Source of the DNA: Caldisericia bacterium
GTDB taxonomy: Bacteria; Caldisericota; Caldisericia; JAAYUI01
DNA length: 64,000 nucleotides
Direction: 5' to 3'
NCBI GenBank assembly: GCA_963674785.1
Contig: OY771555.1
Coordinates: 1,088,001-1,152,000 of the forward strand
The notes beneath the pieces are model-generated. The model had not been told where the DNA came from. It saw only the letters and a program-made list of their open reading frames with translations, and ran no database searches. Below are positions 8,442 through 19,168 of the stretch, piece after piece. The position numbers and the translations under genes were made by a program. Position 1 is the stretch's first letter, and every line of letters starts with the position of its first letter.

Positions 8442-10178
8442 GTGACAAATCGTTTATTTTTTCCGAGGTCTGCTGTACAATATGAAAGATATGAGGAGAA
8501 TAGTTACAATATGGGAGAAAAAATGAGAAAATGTTTGTCGATTGTATGTTTATTTGTGGTGTTAATTCTAAGCTCATCTTTGTTTGTATCTGCAGATGAG
8601 GCAAAAAAATATATCACACCTGCGTCTAACCCCTGGATTTGCTCAACAGAATCTCCAGGCAAACATGTTAGAAAACTTTGGGAGATAGAAGGAATAAGAG
8701 AAACTGTATCACCTGGTTGTTTTGACAGTGTGTTTTACGCTTCAGAAAATGAATTATTCTTTATAACAGATACGAATAAGCTTGCAATACTTGATATTGA
8801 AACTGGCAAAATAAAGAACACATGGTCTAACTTCAAATATCTGAGTGTTTTTTATAAGGTTGATGATGCATTGTTGGTCATGATTGAGAAAAGTAGTAGT
8901 GAAAATACGATTGTTGCACTTGATTATAACACGAAGAAGAAAATATGGGAATATTCATTTACCATAAACCCTGAAAGTTTTAGTGAATCAAGTTTTTTCT
9001 ATAATCATATTGTTTCAAGTGGAGATTATTCGATCTTTTATGAGAATCGGGAAACTAAAGTCTGTTTTGAGACAAAAACTGGAAAAGTACTTTGGAAGAT
9101 TGTTGATAATAATGACATAGAGCTTGGTGCCGGTTTTCTTGTAGATGATAAATTTTATCATGTAATTGATAGAAGAAGACCCAAACCTAAATTCTCATGT
9201 TTTGATATTCTTGAGAAGAAAACAATATGGACTATTGATGAGCCTCGATGTTTGAAAAACAAGGACAAAGTTGAACCTGGTGAAAAGCAAAATTTTTCAA
9301 TTAGGGGGATTGAGTTTAGAGAAGACTTCTATTATGTTCTGATTGACAATTTTGAGTCTACGTATTATGTGATATGTCTTGATTCGAAAAACGGTTCAAA
9401 AAAGTGGGAGTTTGAAACAAAAACCCTAATATCGTATATTGAACAAATCCCGTACCACAATAAAATATTGGTGTATGACTATGATGGCACAATCTTTATG
9501 TGTCTAGACAAAGACACAGGAACTCAGCTGTGGCAAAAAGAAATAACTAGTGGGGCAGATTCCTTCCTACCTACAGAAAAATACATCTATGCCTTCAATA
9601 GTTCTGAGTTCTACACCATAGATGTTGATACAGGTGAAAGACATATATCTATTGAAGAATTTACATGGCCATCAGGTTTTGAAATGGCTATAATCGACAG
9701 AAGATTATTCTTGTTTAGTAATGATAAACCCTCCATTACTTGTTATGATGGATACACAGAAATCAACTATAGAGTAGATCGAAAATCCTACTATATTGGT
9801 GAAAGCAGAACATCTATGGACTCATCACCTATCATACAAAACGATAGAACACTACTACCTGCAAGATATGTGCTTGACCCATTAGATGGAGAGATCACAT
9901 GGGATGGAGATGAAAGAAAAGTCATATGTAAGCTACTGACACCAAGAGAATTCACAGATGACTTGTCTCATGTAACAACAGTAGAATTGTGGATTGACAA
10001 TCCAGTTGCAAGGGTAAATGGAATGGAAACTCAGATAGATGAAACCAATCCAGATGTTACTCCAACAATAGTTGACGGTAGAACAATGGTTCCGATGAGA
10101 TTTTTAGCTGAGTCACTAGGCTGCAAAATAGAATGGATTGCAGACAAGAAAGAGATAAATCTATCGTATTTGCCTTGA
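8442..10178 (+). CDS. Secreted PQQ-like beta-propeller + stalk domain protein (likely start MRKCLS near 8523)
   Basis: Signal peptide, repeated CLD..TG...W blades, C-terminal stalk domain. Confidence 0.85.
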   Translation: MTNRLFFPRSAVQYERYEENSYNMGEKMRKCLSIVCLFVVLILSSSLFVSADEAKKYITPASNPWICSTESPGKHVRKLWEIEGIRETVSPGCFDSVFYASENELFFITDTNKLAILDIETGKIKNTWSNFKYLSVFYKVDDALLVMIEKSSSENTIVALDYNTKKKIWEYSFTINPESFSESSFFYNHIVSSGDYSIFYENRETKVCFETKTGKVLWKIVDNNDIELGAGFLVDDKFYHVIDRRRPKPKFSCFDILEKKTIWTIDEPRCLKNKDKVEPGEKQNFSIRGIEFREDFYYVLIDNFESTYYVICLDSKNGSKKWEFETKTLISYIEQIPYHNKILVYDYDGTIFMCLDKDTGTQLWQKEITSGADSFLPTEKYIYAFNSSEFYTIDVDTGERHISIEEFTWPSGFEMAIIDRRLFLFSNDKPSITCYDGYTEINYRVDRKSYYIGESRTSMDSSPIIQNDRTLLPARYVLDPLDGEITWDGDERKVICKLLTPREFTDDLSHVTTVELWIDNPVARVNGMETQIDETNPDVTPTIVDGRTMVPMRFLAESLGCKIEWIADKKEINLSYLP

Positions 10179-10265
10179 TATGCTGCCCGATAATACTTGA
10201 AGAGCAAAACAAAAACAGTGACAATTGCGTACAATGATAGTGATGGATAAACGAACTTTGAAGGG

Positions 10266-10991
10266 TTGTATTTCATGAAATTTTTTAGAATTCTTGCCGC
10301 TTGCTTGCTGGTTTGTGTCTTGATTTCTACACCAAATCTGAAAGCAGAGTCAGAACCTGAAATCATCGAGGTTGCCAAGATTTGGCAGTTGGACAGTGAG
10401 TATTCTATTTTAGGGTATTATGATGTTTTTGTGTTCCTATCTACTCCTACTGATAATGGGATAATTCTATCAAAAATGGATGTTAGGTCAGGTGAATTGG
10501 TCTGGGAAACTGAGACTGAGTATACCAATTATAAACCAGTCTTTTCCCAAAATGGATATGTGGTTTTGTTTGATGAAGATTCTAAGCTGGTTTGTTTTGA
10601 TGATAATGGTGCAGAGATTTGGAAGTCTGAGATCATTGATACTCAATATAAATATGAATCAGGAATATCCATGAAAATAATTGAGGATGAAATCTTTATT
10701 TCAAAGTATGGAAAAGAATCTCACAAAGAAGGCAGCATTATTGAATCGAACCTCTATGCAATTGATATTTTTACAGGAGAACATGTTTGGTCAAAGGTTT
10801 CTGATAAGCCAATTACCGAATGTTTTGCTAAAACCTCTGAATATACCTTCTGGGGTGGAGGAAAAACCCTTTACTCATTTGGTGAGGGTGGCGAGACAGC
10901 TTGGGAGGATTATAAGCATTGTGATGTAGTTTCAAATACTCCAGACAATTGTGTGAGAGGTGATTACCTATTTTTTGGTTCATTCACCTGA
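10266..10991 (+). CDS. Secreted PQQ-like beta-propeller, N-terminal part of a gene interrupted by TGA
   Basis: Signal peptide, MDVRSGELVW and IDIFTGEHVW blades; TGA 10989-10991 is in frame with the 11061 ORF. Confidence 0.65.
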   Translation: MYFMKFFRILAACLLVCVLISTPNLKAESEPEIIEVAKIWQLDSEYSILGYYDVFVFLSTPTDNGIILSKMDVRSGELVWETETEYTNYKPVFSQNGYVVLFDEDSKLVCFDDNGAEIWKSEIIDTQYKYESGISMKIIEDEIFISKYGKESHKEGSIIESNLYAIDIFTGEHVWSKVSDKPITECFAKTSEYTFWGGGKTLYSFGEGGETAWEDYKHCDVVSNTPDNCVRGDYLFFGSFT

Positions 10992-11060
10992 AAACCCGGA
11001 GAATACAAATTAACAGTTGTTAATTATAAAAATGGAGAAAAGATTGCTGAGTATAGGCAT

Positions 11061-13172
11061 TTGCCGACATCATTCCCATACCGATATAGTGGTGATTACA
11101 TCTTTATTGATACTGGCCCGAATAGGCTTGCGGTTCTAGATTCAGAAACTTTTAATGAGATACATAGTCTTGAATATAAAAGGTCGACATACTCTACCTT
11201 CCAAGCTTTAGATGACATGTTGTATATGACCAATAAAAGGGCTGACTCCCCTGGGGCGATTGCAAAAGTAGATCCCGAATCAGGTGAGATCGATTCTCTG
11301 ATTTTGATTGATAAAAAGATAAAAGACTTTGAGATAAGCAATTCTGATGATTGTTTGTATCTTGTTGTCACCACTAAGGATGGGATTTTTGCATACAAAC
11401 AAAAACCCGCGGATGTTTTATCGGAACCAGTTTTATATGAGTATTCAGACGAACCATTTGGCTTTCATCCAGCATTGATCAGGGATGCTAACATTGGTTA
11501 TTCTGAAGCTGAGAATATTGGTGTTTGCTGGACTAGACCTTCCCTTTATGCTTATCAGTTTATCATTCAACCTGATATAACCAAAGAGGTTTATGATTTC
11601 AGAATGCATGACCGATTATATGGAGAAACGCCTGATAATATATCAATCCTCGGAAATATCTCTCCAGATATTTCAGGCAAGGGGGCAAGGGAGAAAGATC
11701 ATCCTGATTACATGAAAAAGGGTTCCTATGAACCAGTTGATGTTTCTGCATACGAAAAGTTTGTAAGAGCAACAGTCGAAAGATATGATGGGGATGGTAT
11801 AAATGATATGCCAGGACTTACAAATCCTGTAAAATACTGGCAGGTTGACAATGAGCCACCAAGAGATGGCAAGGATGATTTTGCTGTCTTGCAAGAAATC
11901 ACCTACAAAGCTATCAAAGAATCCTGCCCAGACTGCCAGGTGATGATCGGTGGTGCAACAGGATTCCCGGATGTCTTTGATGATAATTTCAAAGCGTATT
12001 CAAAGATTTTAAAAGACCTAAATGGTGAATATATCGACATCTTTGATTTTCACTGGTACGGGGATGCTTTTGGAGATTATCGAGAGCTTGGTTTGTCGCT
12101 TGAGCTTATCAGAAAAACTTTGAATGAAACTGGATTCTCTGATATTCCAATCTGGATTACTGAGATGGGTGCATATTCTGGAAGCCCAAGAAGCTTTTTG
12201 AAGCTTGAGTCTCCCCCTCAAACTGAGCAGATGCAGGCTGTAGATTACTTCAAAAAATTTATCTATCCAATCTCTCAGGGAGTTGAAAAAGTCTTCCCTG
12301 CCTTTGGGCTTATTGAAGGCTTCAAACAGGATAATGGGTATTTTGATCATACTGGTTTGATCTATGACGGAAAATTGCCTGATGACCTTGGTAAGGGTGT
12401 AAAGAAACTTGGTTATTGGACATATAAATATATGACGGAAAGACTCACCGGTTCTGATTGGGATACATTATCTGAGATCTATTCAGAAGATGGTGTCTAT
12501 GGATACAAGATAATAAAAGATGATAATCCTCTTTGGATTTTCTGGTGGGATTGGTTTGAAGACTCATCGCTTGAAACAAAAGAGACCTCTGTAAATATTG
12601 ATAATATCTCTGGAACTGTTGAATTAGTGGAGGTTGTACCAAGCACGCAAACAGGCAAAGAGCTCCAAGACTCCGACTATCCGAACTTTTTTGCATCGAG
12701 TCAAAAGGAAATTAACAACGGGGAGTTGAACCTGGAACTTGGAATGAACCCTGTGATAATCGAGATAACTGATTTGAAAGAGATCATCGAAATCAAATAT
12801 CAAATTGACAAATATTCCTATTTGGTGGATGGGGTGGATTACCCAATCGATACTCCACCTGTTGTAAAAGATGGAAGAACCCTCCTCCCCGCAAGGTTTG
12901 TAACAGAACCACTTGGAGGGGATGTAGGTTGGGAATCCACAGAAAAGAAGGTCATCTGCACTCTTGGTGAAGTGGCTGTAGAAATGTGGATTGGAAAACC
13001 AATTGCCAAAGTAAATGGCCAAGAAGTTCAGATTGACCCAGACAACCCTGATGTTGTCCCAACAATAATCAACGACAGGACAATGGTTCCAATGAGATTC
13101 CTCGCAGAAAGCCTTGGTTGTGAGGTTGAATGGGTAGCAGAAACTAGGGAGATAATCCTACAATACAAATAG
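11061..13172 (+). CDS. Beta-propeller remainder + clan GH-A (GH39/GH5-like) glycoside hydrolase + stalk domain
   Basis: YWQVDNEP (acid/base), DFHWYG, PIWITEMG (nucleophile); C-terminal stalk domain; no signal peptide of its own. Confidence 0.75.
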   Translation: MPTSFPYRYSGDYIFIDTGPNRLAVLDSETFNEIHSLEYKRSTYSTFQALDDMLYMTNKRADSPGAIAKVDPESGEIDSLILIDKKIKDFEISNSDDCLYLVVTTKDGIFAYKQKPADVLSEPVLYEYSDEPFGFHPALIRDANIGYSEAENIGVCWTRPSLYAYQFIIQPDITKEVYDFRMHDRLYGETPDNISILGNISPDISGKGAREKDHPDYMKKGSYEPVDVSAYEKFVRATVERYDGDGINDMPGLTNPVKYWQVDNEPPRDGKDDFAVLQEITYKAIKESCPDCQVMIGGATGFPDVFDDNFKAYSKILKDLNGEYIDIFDFHWYGDAFGDYRELGLSLELIRKTLNETGFSDIPIWITEMGAYSGSPRSFLKLESPPQTEQMQAVDYFKKFIYPISQGVEKVFPAFGLIEGFKQDNGYFDHTGLIYDGKLPDDLGKGVKKLGYWTYKYMTERLTGSDWDTLSEIYSEDGVYGYKIIKDDNPLWIFWWDWFEDSSLETKETSVNIDNISGTVELVEVVPSTQTGKELQDSDYPNFFASSQKEINNGELNLELGMNPVIIEITDLKEIIEIKYQIDKYSYLVDGVDYPIDTPPVVKDGRTLLPARFVTEPLGGDVGWESTEKKVICTLGEVAVEMWIGKPIAKVNGQEVQIDPDNPDVVPTIINDRTMVPMRFLAESLGCEVEWVAETREIILQYK

Positions 13173-13223
13173 GTCTTCACAAATAAGTAACTTGTTTCAG
13201 CCTTTATTTAGGTTAGTATTTTC

Positions 13224-15257
13224 ATGGAGGAAATAATGAAAAGAGTGCTTGTTGTTTTGTCTGTTGTGTCGGTTTTAGTGCTGTCGACAAATGTTACTGG
13301 AAACACAATTAGATCATTACCATATAACATATTAGACATAGGGCCAAAATACTACCCTCATATTGATATGATGTATGAAGAGACCGAAGTCTTTGTCGAC
13401 ACTCCACCATCAGAATACCCAAAACTAGTCAAAATTGGGGATTCATCAAACCCAAACATTGTTGAGTGGTTTCCAGATGAGCCGGAATTTACTGGTCAAT
13501 TGGATATAAAATGGACAACAGACATTCCATACAAATACAGACAAAATAATACTTTCTTTAACAACACTCCAGAAGGATGGTTATTCATTGAACCGGATAT
13601 AAAGCCAGATGAAGATGATATTGTAAGAGGTGAAAACTATACAAACCATCTTCTAAACCCTGAAGATGGTGAAGATAAAATATTACCACCAAAGTTTTCA
13701 TTGTTTAGCTACTTAAACACTGTACCAAAAATATGTAACCCACCAGTATCACACCTTGATGGTGATGATGAGTATGAAACAGACATCAGATGTTATGACA
13801 TATCAAAGAATGAGATTATATGGCATATAAAAGATGATAGGGTTGGCACTCATGATTGTGCACCATATCTTCCAGTTGATCTCAGAGATGGAAAGCTTTA
13901 TTACCTGATTGATGGGGTAACATGTATAAACCCAAAAACAGGAGTCGTTGATTGGTCATATTCATATAAAGCAGAAAAGCCTTTAGAGAAGTTCTATTCA
14001 CCAGTTAATACATCAAGATATCATATACGGATGTATAGACCGTTTGATTATTATGAGGATCGACAGGCTCAAACTTATTTCTACTTTTTTGACCTGAATA
14101 AGGATTATAAACTGCTCGTATCATATTATATTGTCGGGACTCTTAGCTTTAAGCTATTACCTGACAATTCCAGAAATGTTGATGTATATAACCAGATGGA
14201 TGAAAATGGAGAGTCATGGTATACACTTAGCGTATATCCTGAGCACCGATGGGCTGGTTGGAGGAACTTTGGTTTAAAACTATCAGTCATATTTTTCACC
14301 CTCCACCCGGAACTCCTTGGCAAAGGATATATAGTTTCTGATATTGGACTTATGGAAGACAAACGAATGGTCACATTCTGTTCAGGTTGTGAAGAGTTTC
14401 CTGATTATGGAAAGAAAGAATACTACACAAAAGAAAGAGTTCCTGACTATGTCAATGAAAAGTACAACTTCTTAATTGATAGATATGAACCAAAAGAACT
14501 CATAGAAATCCCATCTGTTCTCTTCGACACAAAAAGCACACATGCACAGGTTGTTGATAATGAACTTGTCATCCAAACAAAGGACAAGATATTCGGAGTA
14601 GACACAGAATCCTTATCAATCAAATGGCAGATAGACAAATCAGATTATGATAATCCAGAAAATGCTATAGTGTGTGCAGTAGACTGGCGTGGTGTACTTG
14701 TACTGGAAGATATCATCCTTGAAGAAGATAATAAGATTGCAAGATTCAGATGTTACAATATTGTCCCTGATGAACCAGAACCTGAGCCTATACCTGAGCC
14801 CGACCCCGAACCTGACCCAGATCCTTCCCCAATCCCTGAACCAGTTGTTCTAGACCCTGTGATACTTGAGTTCCAGATAGACAGAGAATCATACATTATT
14901 GATGGTAGCGAAAGACTGATCGATGCAGCACCAGTAATCCAAAATGGCAGAACTCTCCTCCCCGCAAGGTTTGTAACTGAACCACTTGGTGGTGATGTCT
15001 CTTGGAACGCAACAGATAAAGCAGTTGTTTGTTCACTTGGAGAAATCACAGTCGAATTCTGGATTGGCAAACCAATTGCCAAGATTAATGGAGAAGAAGT
15101 ACAAATTGACCCAGACAATCCAGATGTAGTCCCAACAATAATCAATGACAGGACAATGGTTCCAATGAGATTTCTAGCAGAAAGCCTTGGTTGTGAGGTT
15201 GAGTGGGTAGCGGATACTAAGGAGATCATACTGACATACACTCCATTAACTCAGTAA
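13224..15257 (+). CDS. Secreted beta-propeller-like + Pro/Glu linker + stalk domain protein
   Basis: Signal peptide, CINPKTGVVDW, PE-repeat linker, stalk domain; paralog of 15418. Confidence 0.8.
   Translation: MEEIMKRVLVVLSVVSVLVLSTNVTGNTIRSLPYNILDIGPKYYPHIDMMYEETEVFVDTPPSEYPKLVKIGDSSNPNIVEWFPDEPEFTGQLDIKWTTDIPYKYRQNNTFFNNTPEGWLFIEPDIKPDEDDIVRGENYTNHLLNPEDGEDKILPPKFSLFSYLNTVPKICNPPVSHLDGDDEYETDIRCYDISKNEIIWHIKDDRVGTHDCAPYLPVDLRDGKLYYLIDGVTCINPKTGVVDWSYSYKAEKPLEKFYSPVNTSRYHIRMYRPFDYYEDRQAQTYFYFFDLNKDYKLLVSYYIVGTLSFKLLPDNSRNVDVYNQMDENGESWYTLSVYPEHRWAGWRNFGLKLSVIFFTLHPELLGKGYIVSDIGLMEDKRMVTFCSGCEEFPDYGKKEYYTKERVPDYVNEKYNFLIDRYEPKELIEIPSVLFDTKSTHAQVVDNELVIQTKDKIFGVDTESLSIKWQIDKSDYDNPENAIVCAVDWRGVLVLEDIILEEDNKIARFRCYNIVPDEPEPEPIPEPDPEPDPDPSPIPEPVVLDPVILEFQIDRESYIIDGSERLIDAAPVIQNGRTLLPARFVTEPLGGDVSWNATDKAVVCSLGEITVEFWIGKPIAKINGEEVQIDPDNPDVVPTIINDRTMVPMRFLAESLGCEVEWVADTKEIILTYTPLTQ
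14766..14845 (+). repeat. Pro-Glu/Pro-Asp low-complexity linker (second copy at about 16924-17020)
   Basis: Encodes PDEPEPEPIPEPDPEPDPDPSPIPEP. Confidence 0.8.
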
Positions 15258-15281
15258 CAGCAACAGATGAAATAAACTTTC

Positions 15282-15329
15282 AAAGGTAGTTTGATAGTCT
15301 GTTTGATGATGATTATCAAGCTACCTTTT
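15282..15329 (+). terminator. Long intergenic hairpin (terminator or mRNA stabiliser)
   Basis: AAAGGTAGTTTGATAGTC / GATTATCAAGCTACCTTT, an 18-bp stem with 2 G-U pairs, ending in a short T run. Confidence 0.6.
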
Positions 15330-15417
15330 GGAATATAAATCACGAAATTATGGATTCTAAAGAATCTTTCAGTTTTGTTTTAGATAATATTTATATTAAC
15401 CTACATGTTTAATAATA

Positions 15418-17409
15418 GTGTTAGACTTCATAATGGAGGAAGCAATGAGAAAAACTCTGGTTATGCTTTTAGCGCTACTTGTTTTTGTATCTGTTTCAAA
15501 TCATGATGGATACAGCTATAGTTCTTTACTTGTCGAATCGTCAGATTGGGAGATCGTAGAGAGTTCTGATTATCCTGAGGTCAGAAAAAATGAAAACTCA
15601 GAAGAAGTTACCGTTTCAAAATGGTCTCCAGAACCATTTAATGGAAGAGGAGAGCTTATAAAAAAATGGGAAAAGGAAATTGGTTATATTGACGAAAGCC
15701 AATTCAATATCCAACCAACAAAAAATGGATGGATCTATATATCTCCAGACCAAGAAATATCAGATGATTCATTTGGATATCTAGGTGGGGAAAACTATAC
15801 AAATATTTTAATTGATCCAGAAACTGGCGAATCAAAAACACTGACTCCAAAATTCCTGATGCAAAGTCGCTACTATCGAACCGATAAGCTTGTTTGCTCA
15901 CCTCCATATACTCCAAAAGCCAGCGGAGAACCAATTGATATCCGATGTTACGATCTTGAAAATGATAAGGTTATTTGGTCAATTCATGATGAAAGAGTTG
16001 GTCGAATTTGGGCAAGTCCAAATGTTCCATTGTTTCATTCAAATGGAAGATACTTCTATATTCATAGCGGAATAACTGAGTTTGATATCAATACTGGTGA
16101 GATTCTTTGGTCATCAAACCTGATCGAGTCAGATACTGAAAAGAGTTTTGATGGATATGTTTTCCCAGGAATTGCACATGTTCATGTTCTTGACGATTTT
16201 GTTTTGATTACAACTGGAAGTCGCAACTATTATTGGTACTACAAAATTGATATGAAGAATAAAACTATTGATAAGGTAGTTCGATCAATTAATCATGAAC
16301 AGAGATATATTTTAGATGAAAAAGAGTTATGGATGACATCAGAGGATGATAAATTTATTCTTAAATATAACCTAGACTCAATGATGGTTGAAAAGAAATA
16401 TGGAATCAAACTATCACTTAAAAGTAGAATCGATAAATCTTACAGTGATACTGAAACATATTATTCAATAGATGCACCAATAGGAAGATTTACTCCAATT
16501 AGAGTTTTTATCGCATCTGAAAAGCAAATCCTAAAATGTGACTCTTGTCCTGGAGAGTATTTTGTAAGCAACACTTTTTCGCGTGGATATCAATCAATTC
16601 TCCCTTGTTACAAGTACAAGACATACGACTTTTTATTCGATAAGGATAATCCGTATGAGTTAATCGAAGTTCTTCCAGAAATAGCTTCAAACAAAGAAAC
16701 ATATATACAGTATTTTGACAATCAAATAATTGTTCACACAAGAGATTCTATTACAAGTTATGATTTTAAGACAAATGAAGAGTTGTGGTCGATAGACAAA
16801 AGTAAATTCAGCAGTCCAGAAAAAGCAAAAGTACTAGCTTCTGATTCACATGGAATTTTGGTTCAAGACTATAGCAACAATAAGAAAGCACTCTTTTATT
16901 GTTATGATGCAATTATTGAAATCCCCGAACCTGAACCAGAACCCGAACCAGAACCAACTCCAGAGCCGGAACCCGATCCAGACCCCTCCCCAATCCCTGA
17001 ACCAGTGGTTCCTGATCCAATAAAAATAGAATTCCAGATAGACAGAGAATCATACATCATTGACGGTAGCGAGAGGGTTATCGATGCTGCACCAGTAATC
17101 CAAAATGGCAGAACTCTCCTCCCCGCAAGGTTTGTAACTGAACCACTTGGAGGGGATGTAGGTTGGGAAGCCACAGACAAGAAGGTAGTTTGCACACTTG
17201 GTGAAACAACAGTTGAAATGTGGATTGGAAAACCAATTGCCAAAGTAAATGACGAAGAAGTTCAAATTGACCCAGACAATCCAGATGTAGTGCCAACAAT
17301 TATCAATGATAGGACAATGGTACCAATGAGATTCCTTGCAGAAACCTTTGGCTGTGAGGTTGAGTGGGTGGCTGAAATAAAGGAGATAATATTGACATAT
17401 GAACCATAG
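15418..17409 (+). CDS. Secreted beta-propeller-like + Pro/Glu linker + stalk domain protein (likely start MRKTLV near 15445)
   Basis: Shares GENYTN, DIRCYD..IW.I.D.RVG and C..C motifs with the 13224 product; stalk domain. Confidence 0.8.
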   Translation: MLDFIMEEAMRKTLVMLLALLVFVSVSNHDGYSYSSLLVESSDWEIVESSDYPEVRKNENSEEVTVSKWSPEPFNGRGELIKKWEKEIGYIDESQFNIQPTKNGWIYISPDQEISDDSFGYLGGENYTNILIDPETGESKTLTPKFLMQSRYYRTDKLVCSPPYTPKASGEPIDIRCYDLENDKVIWSIHDERVGRIWASPNVPLFHSNGRYFYIHSGITEFDINTGEILWSSNLIESDTEKSFDGYVFPGIAHVHVLDDFVLITTGSRNYYWYYKIDMKNKTIDKVVRSINHEQRYILDEKELWMTSEDDKFILKYNLDSMMVEKKYGIKLSLKSRIDKSYSDTETYYSIDAPIGRFTPIRVFIASEKQILKCDSCPGEYFVSNTFSRGYQSILPCYKYKTYDFLFDKDNPYELIEVLPEIASNKETYIQYFDNQIIVHTRDSITSYDFKTNEELWSIDKSKFSSPEKAKVLASDSHGILVQDYSNNKKALFYCYDAIIEIPEPEPEPEPEPTPEPEPDPDPSPIPEPVVPDPIKIEFQIDRESYIIDGSERVIDAAPVIQNGRTLLPARFVTEPLGGDVGWEATDKKVVCTLGETTVEMWIGKPIAKVNDEEVQIDPDNPDVVPTIINDRTMVPMRFLAETFGCEVEWVAEIKEIILTYEP

Positions 17410-17528
17410 AGATCATCAATCAAACTCAAAAAGTTCATTCCAATCTGCAGATAAATCGCAAACCCAGAAAAAAGAGTTGAGATGATGGAGAAACCGAACA
17501 CAAAATTACCTAATATAAAGGAGAAATA

Positions 17529-18995
17529 ATGAAAATAAAAAATATTCCAAGAAAAAGAATAATAATGTTTGTTTGTGTTGCGGTTGTAATTTCTGCATCG
17601 ATCATCGCTTGCTCAACAAATGAAGACAAATCTTCTGGTTCTTTAGATATTCATCCTTTTCTTCAAGATGGTGAAACAATCATAAACATGAAAGATGTTA
17701 CTCCTGATCTGATTCCAGATGGTTACGATGAAAACACACTTTTGCGCACAACAAATGATTTTTTAATTTGCACTTTTGAGCTGGAATTTAAGACATTCTC
17801 AAAGAAGAAAATTGATTCCTTCACAGCCGATAACGAAATCAGTTTTATTGAAGGTAACAAGCAGCTAAAGGAAGTATGGAGCTGGAGCGGACAGTGGAAT
17901 AATCCGACAAAAGCAGGACGTTTTTGCAATTTAGGAGAATCTAACTTTGGAAGATTCTGGAAAATAGAAGTTAGAGGTGAAACAAAGTACCTAAACACAA
18001 AAACATTTAAAGAGATTAAGATGAAAAAAGACCTCCCTGAGATGATGTTCATTGACAAAAAGCAGGGTCTAGCTATAGGGAAACAGGACAGTGATGTAAG
18101 ATCCTCTGAAGATATATCTTTATTTGATATGACTGGAAAAAAATATTGGGAGTTTACAGAAAGAGATGCTTCAACATTTCATTTAATTGGAAATTATCTT
18201 ATATATTCAAGACGGGATCTTACTGGTTATTTTATTGTAGATATTACAAGTAAAAAACCTATTGCAAGAATGAGAACAAGGGCAAGAGGTAAGATGTCAT
18301 CAATAAATGGTAGCCCAGTTTTTTCTGATAAATACTTCTGGTCAATTGGCTCAAACACAATGAGAGATGAAACAAACCTGTATAGGATTGACCCTGAATC
18401 CTTTGAAGTATTTACATACGATATCAAAAATCCTGATCGAGTTTTTTACATTGATGAGAAGCTGTATGTTGTTGATGAGACACAAACAAATCTATATGTG
18501 ATTGACCCGGATTCTGGAATTACAGAAAGTGTCTATTCTGTGAATGAGCTTTTTACGGATACAAAGTTCACCATATTTACAAATTCTTATCATCCTTTTG
18601 TGTGTTCAGATGAAATGTATATACAAGCAGCTATTGAGTTCCGTGAAGAAAATGATGAACTACCACCAGAAACACCTTTTACATACTCTTCTTACAAATC
18701 TACAAATGATATATCTGATTATATCTTTAATCCAGCTATCCCAGAAAACTCCTTCGAGATTGAAACCTTTATTGCAGAATCTAACTACAACAATGGAAGG
18801 TGGCTTGGTTGGAAAAACTATTGGTCAGCAATTGATGGAGAAAAGATTTATGGAATCGATACATTCACAGGAGAACACTTATGGTGGATTGATATTGATG
18901 AGTTAGGTTCATATCCCGAGGTTCTCCTTGCAGATGAGCACGGTGTTCTTATTGCTCATGGGAACACGATATCAGCATATGCTCCAACTGAGTAA
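17529..18995 (+). CDS. Lipoprotein, beta-propeller-like, no stalk domain
   Basis: Lipobox IIAC; C-terminus IYGID..TG..LW.ID...VLLADEHGVLI resembles the pre-linker region of 13224 and 15418. Confidence 0.7.
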   Translation: MKIKNIPRKRIIMFVCVAVVISASIIACSTNEDKSSGSLDIHPFLQDGETIINMKDVTPDLIPDGYDENTLLRTTNDFLICTFELEFKTFSKKKIDSFTADNEISFIEGNKQLKEVWSWSGQWNNPTKAGRFCNLGESNFGRFWKIEVRGETKYLNTKTFKEIKMKKDLPEMMFIDKKQGLAIGKQDSDVRSSEDISLFDMTGKKYWEFTERDASTFHLIGNYLIYSRRDLTGYFIVDITSKKPIARMRTRARGKMSSINGSPVFSDKYFWSIGSNTMRDETNLYRIDPESFEVFTYDIKNPDRVFYIDEKLYVVDETQTNLYVIDPDSGITESVYSVNELFTDTKFTIFTNSYHPFVCSDEMYIQAAIEFREENDELPPETPFTYSSYKSTNDISDYIFNPAIPENSFEIETFIAESNYNNGRWLGWKNYWSAIDGEKIYGIDTFTGEHLWWIDIDELGSYPEVLLADEHGVLIAHGNTISAYAPTE

Positions 18996-19168
18996 TATTG
19001 AAAAGACAAGTGGAAACAAGTTGATAAACAATAATTTAATTGGCTACAGGTCTTTAGGATATTTGAAATTGATGTGGTTACATAGATTGGAGTTGTTCTA
19101 ATTCATCCCGAAAAATAAAAAGGCATCCAGAAATGTATGCCTTCGAGTATAGGGATGATTTTATTTAT

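Noticed and set aside
7976-10991. Genome-wide UGA reassignment (code 4 or 25) suggested by two in-frame TGAs
   Set aside because: TGA is clearly a stop elsewhere: ATGA stop/start overlaps at 24803-24806 and 26233-26236, and the stalk gene ending at 10178 at the same position as paralogs ending in TAA or TAG.
14753-17243. Minus-strand ORFs with GSGSGS repeats
   Set aside because: Antisense reading of the Pro-Glu linker and stalk module.
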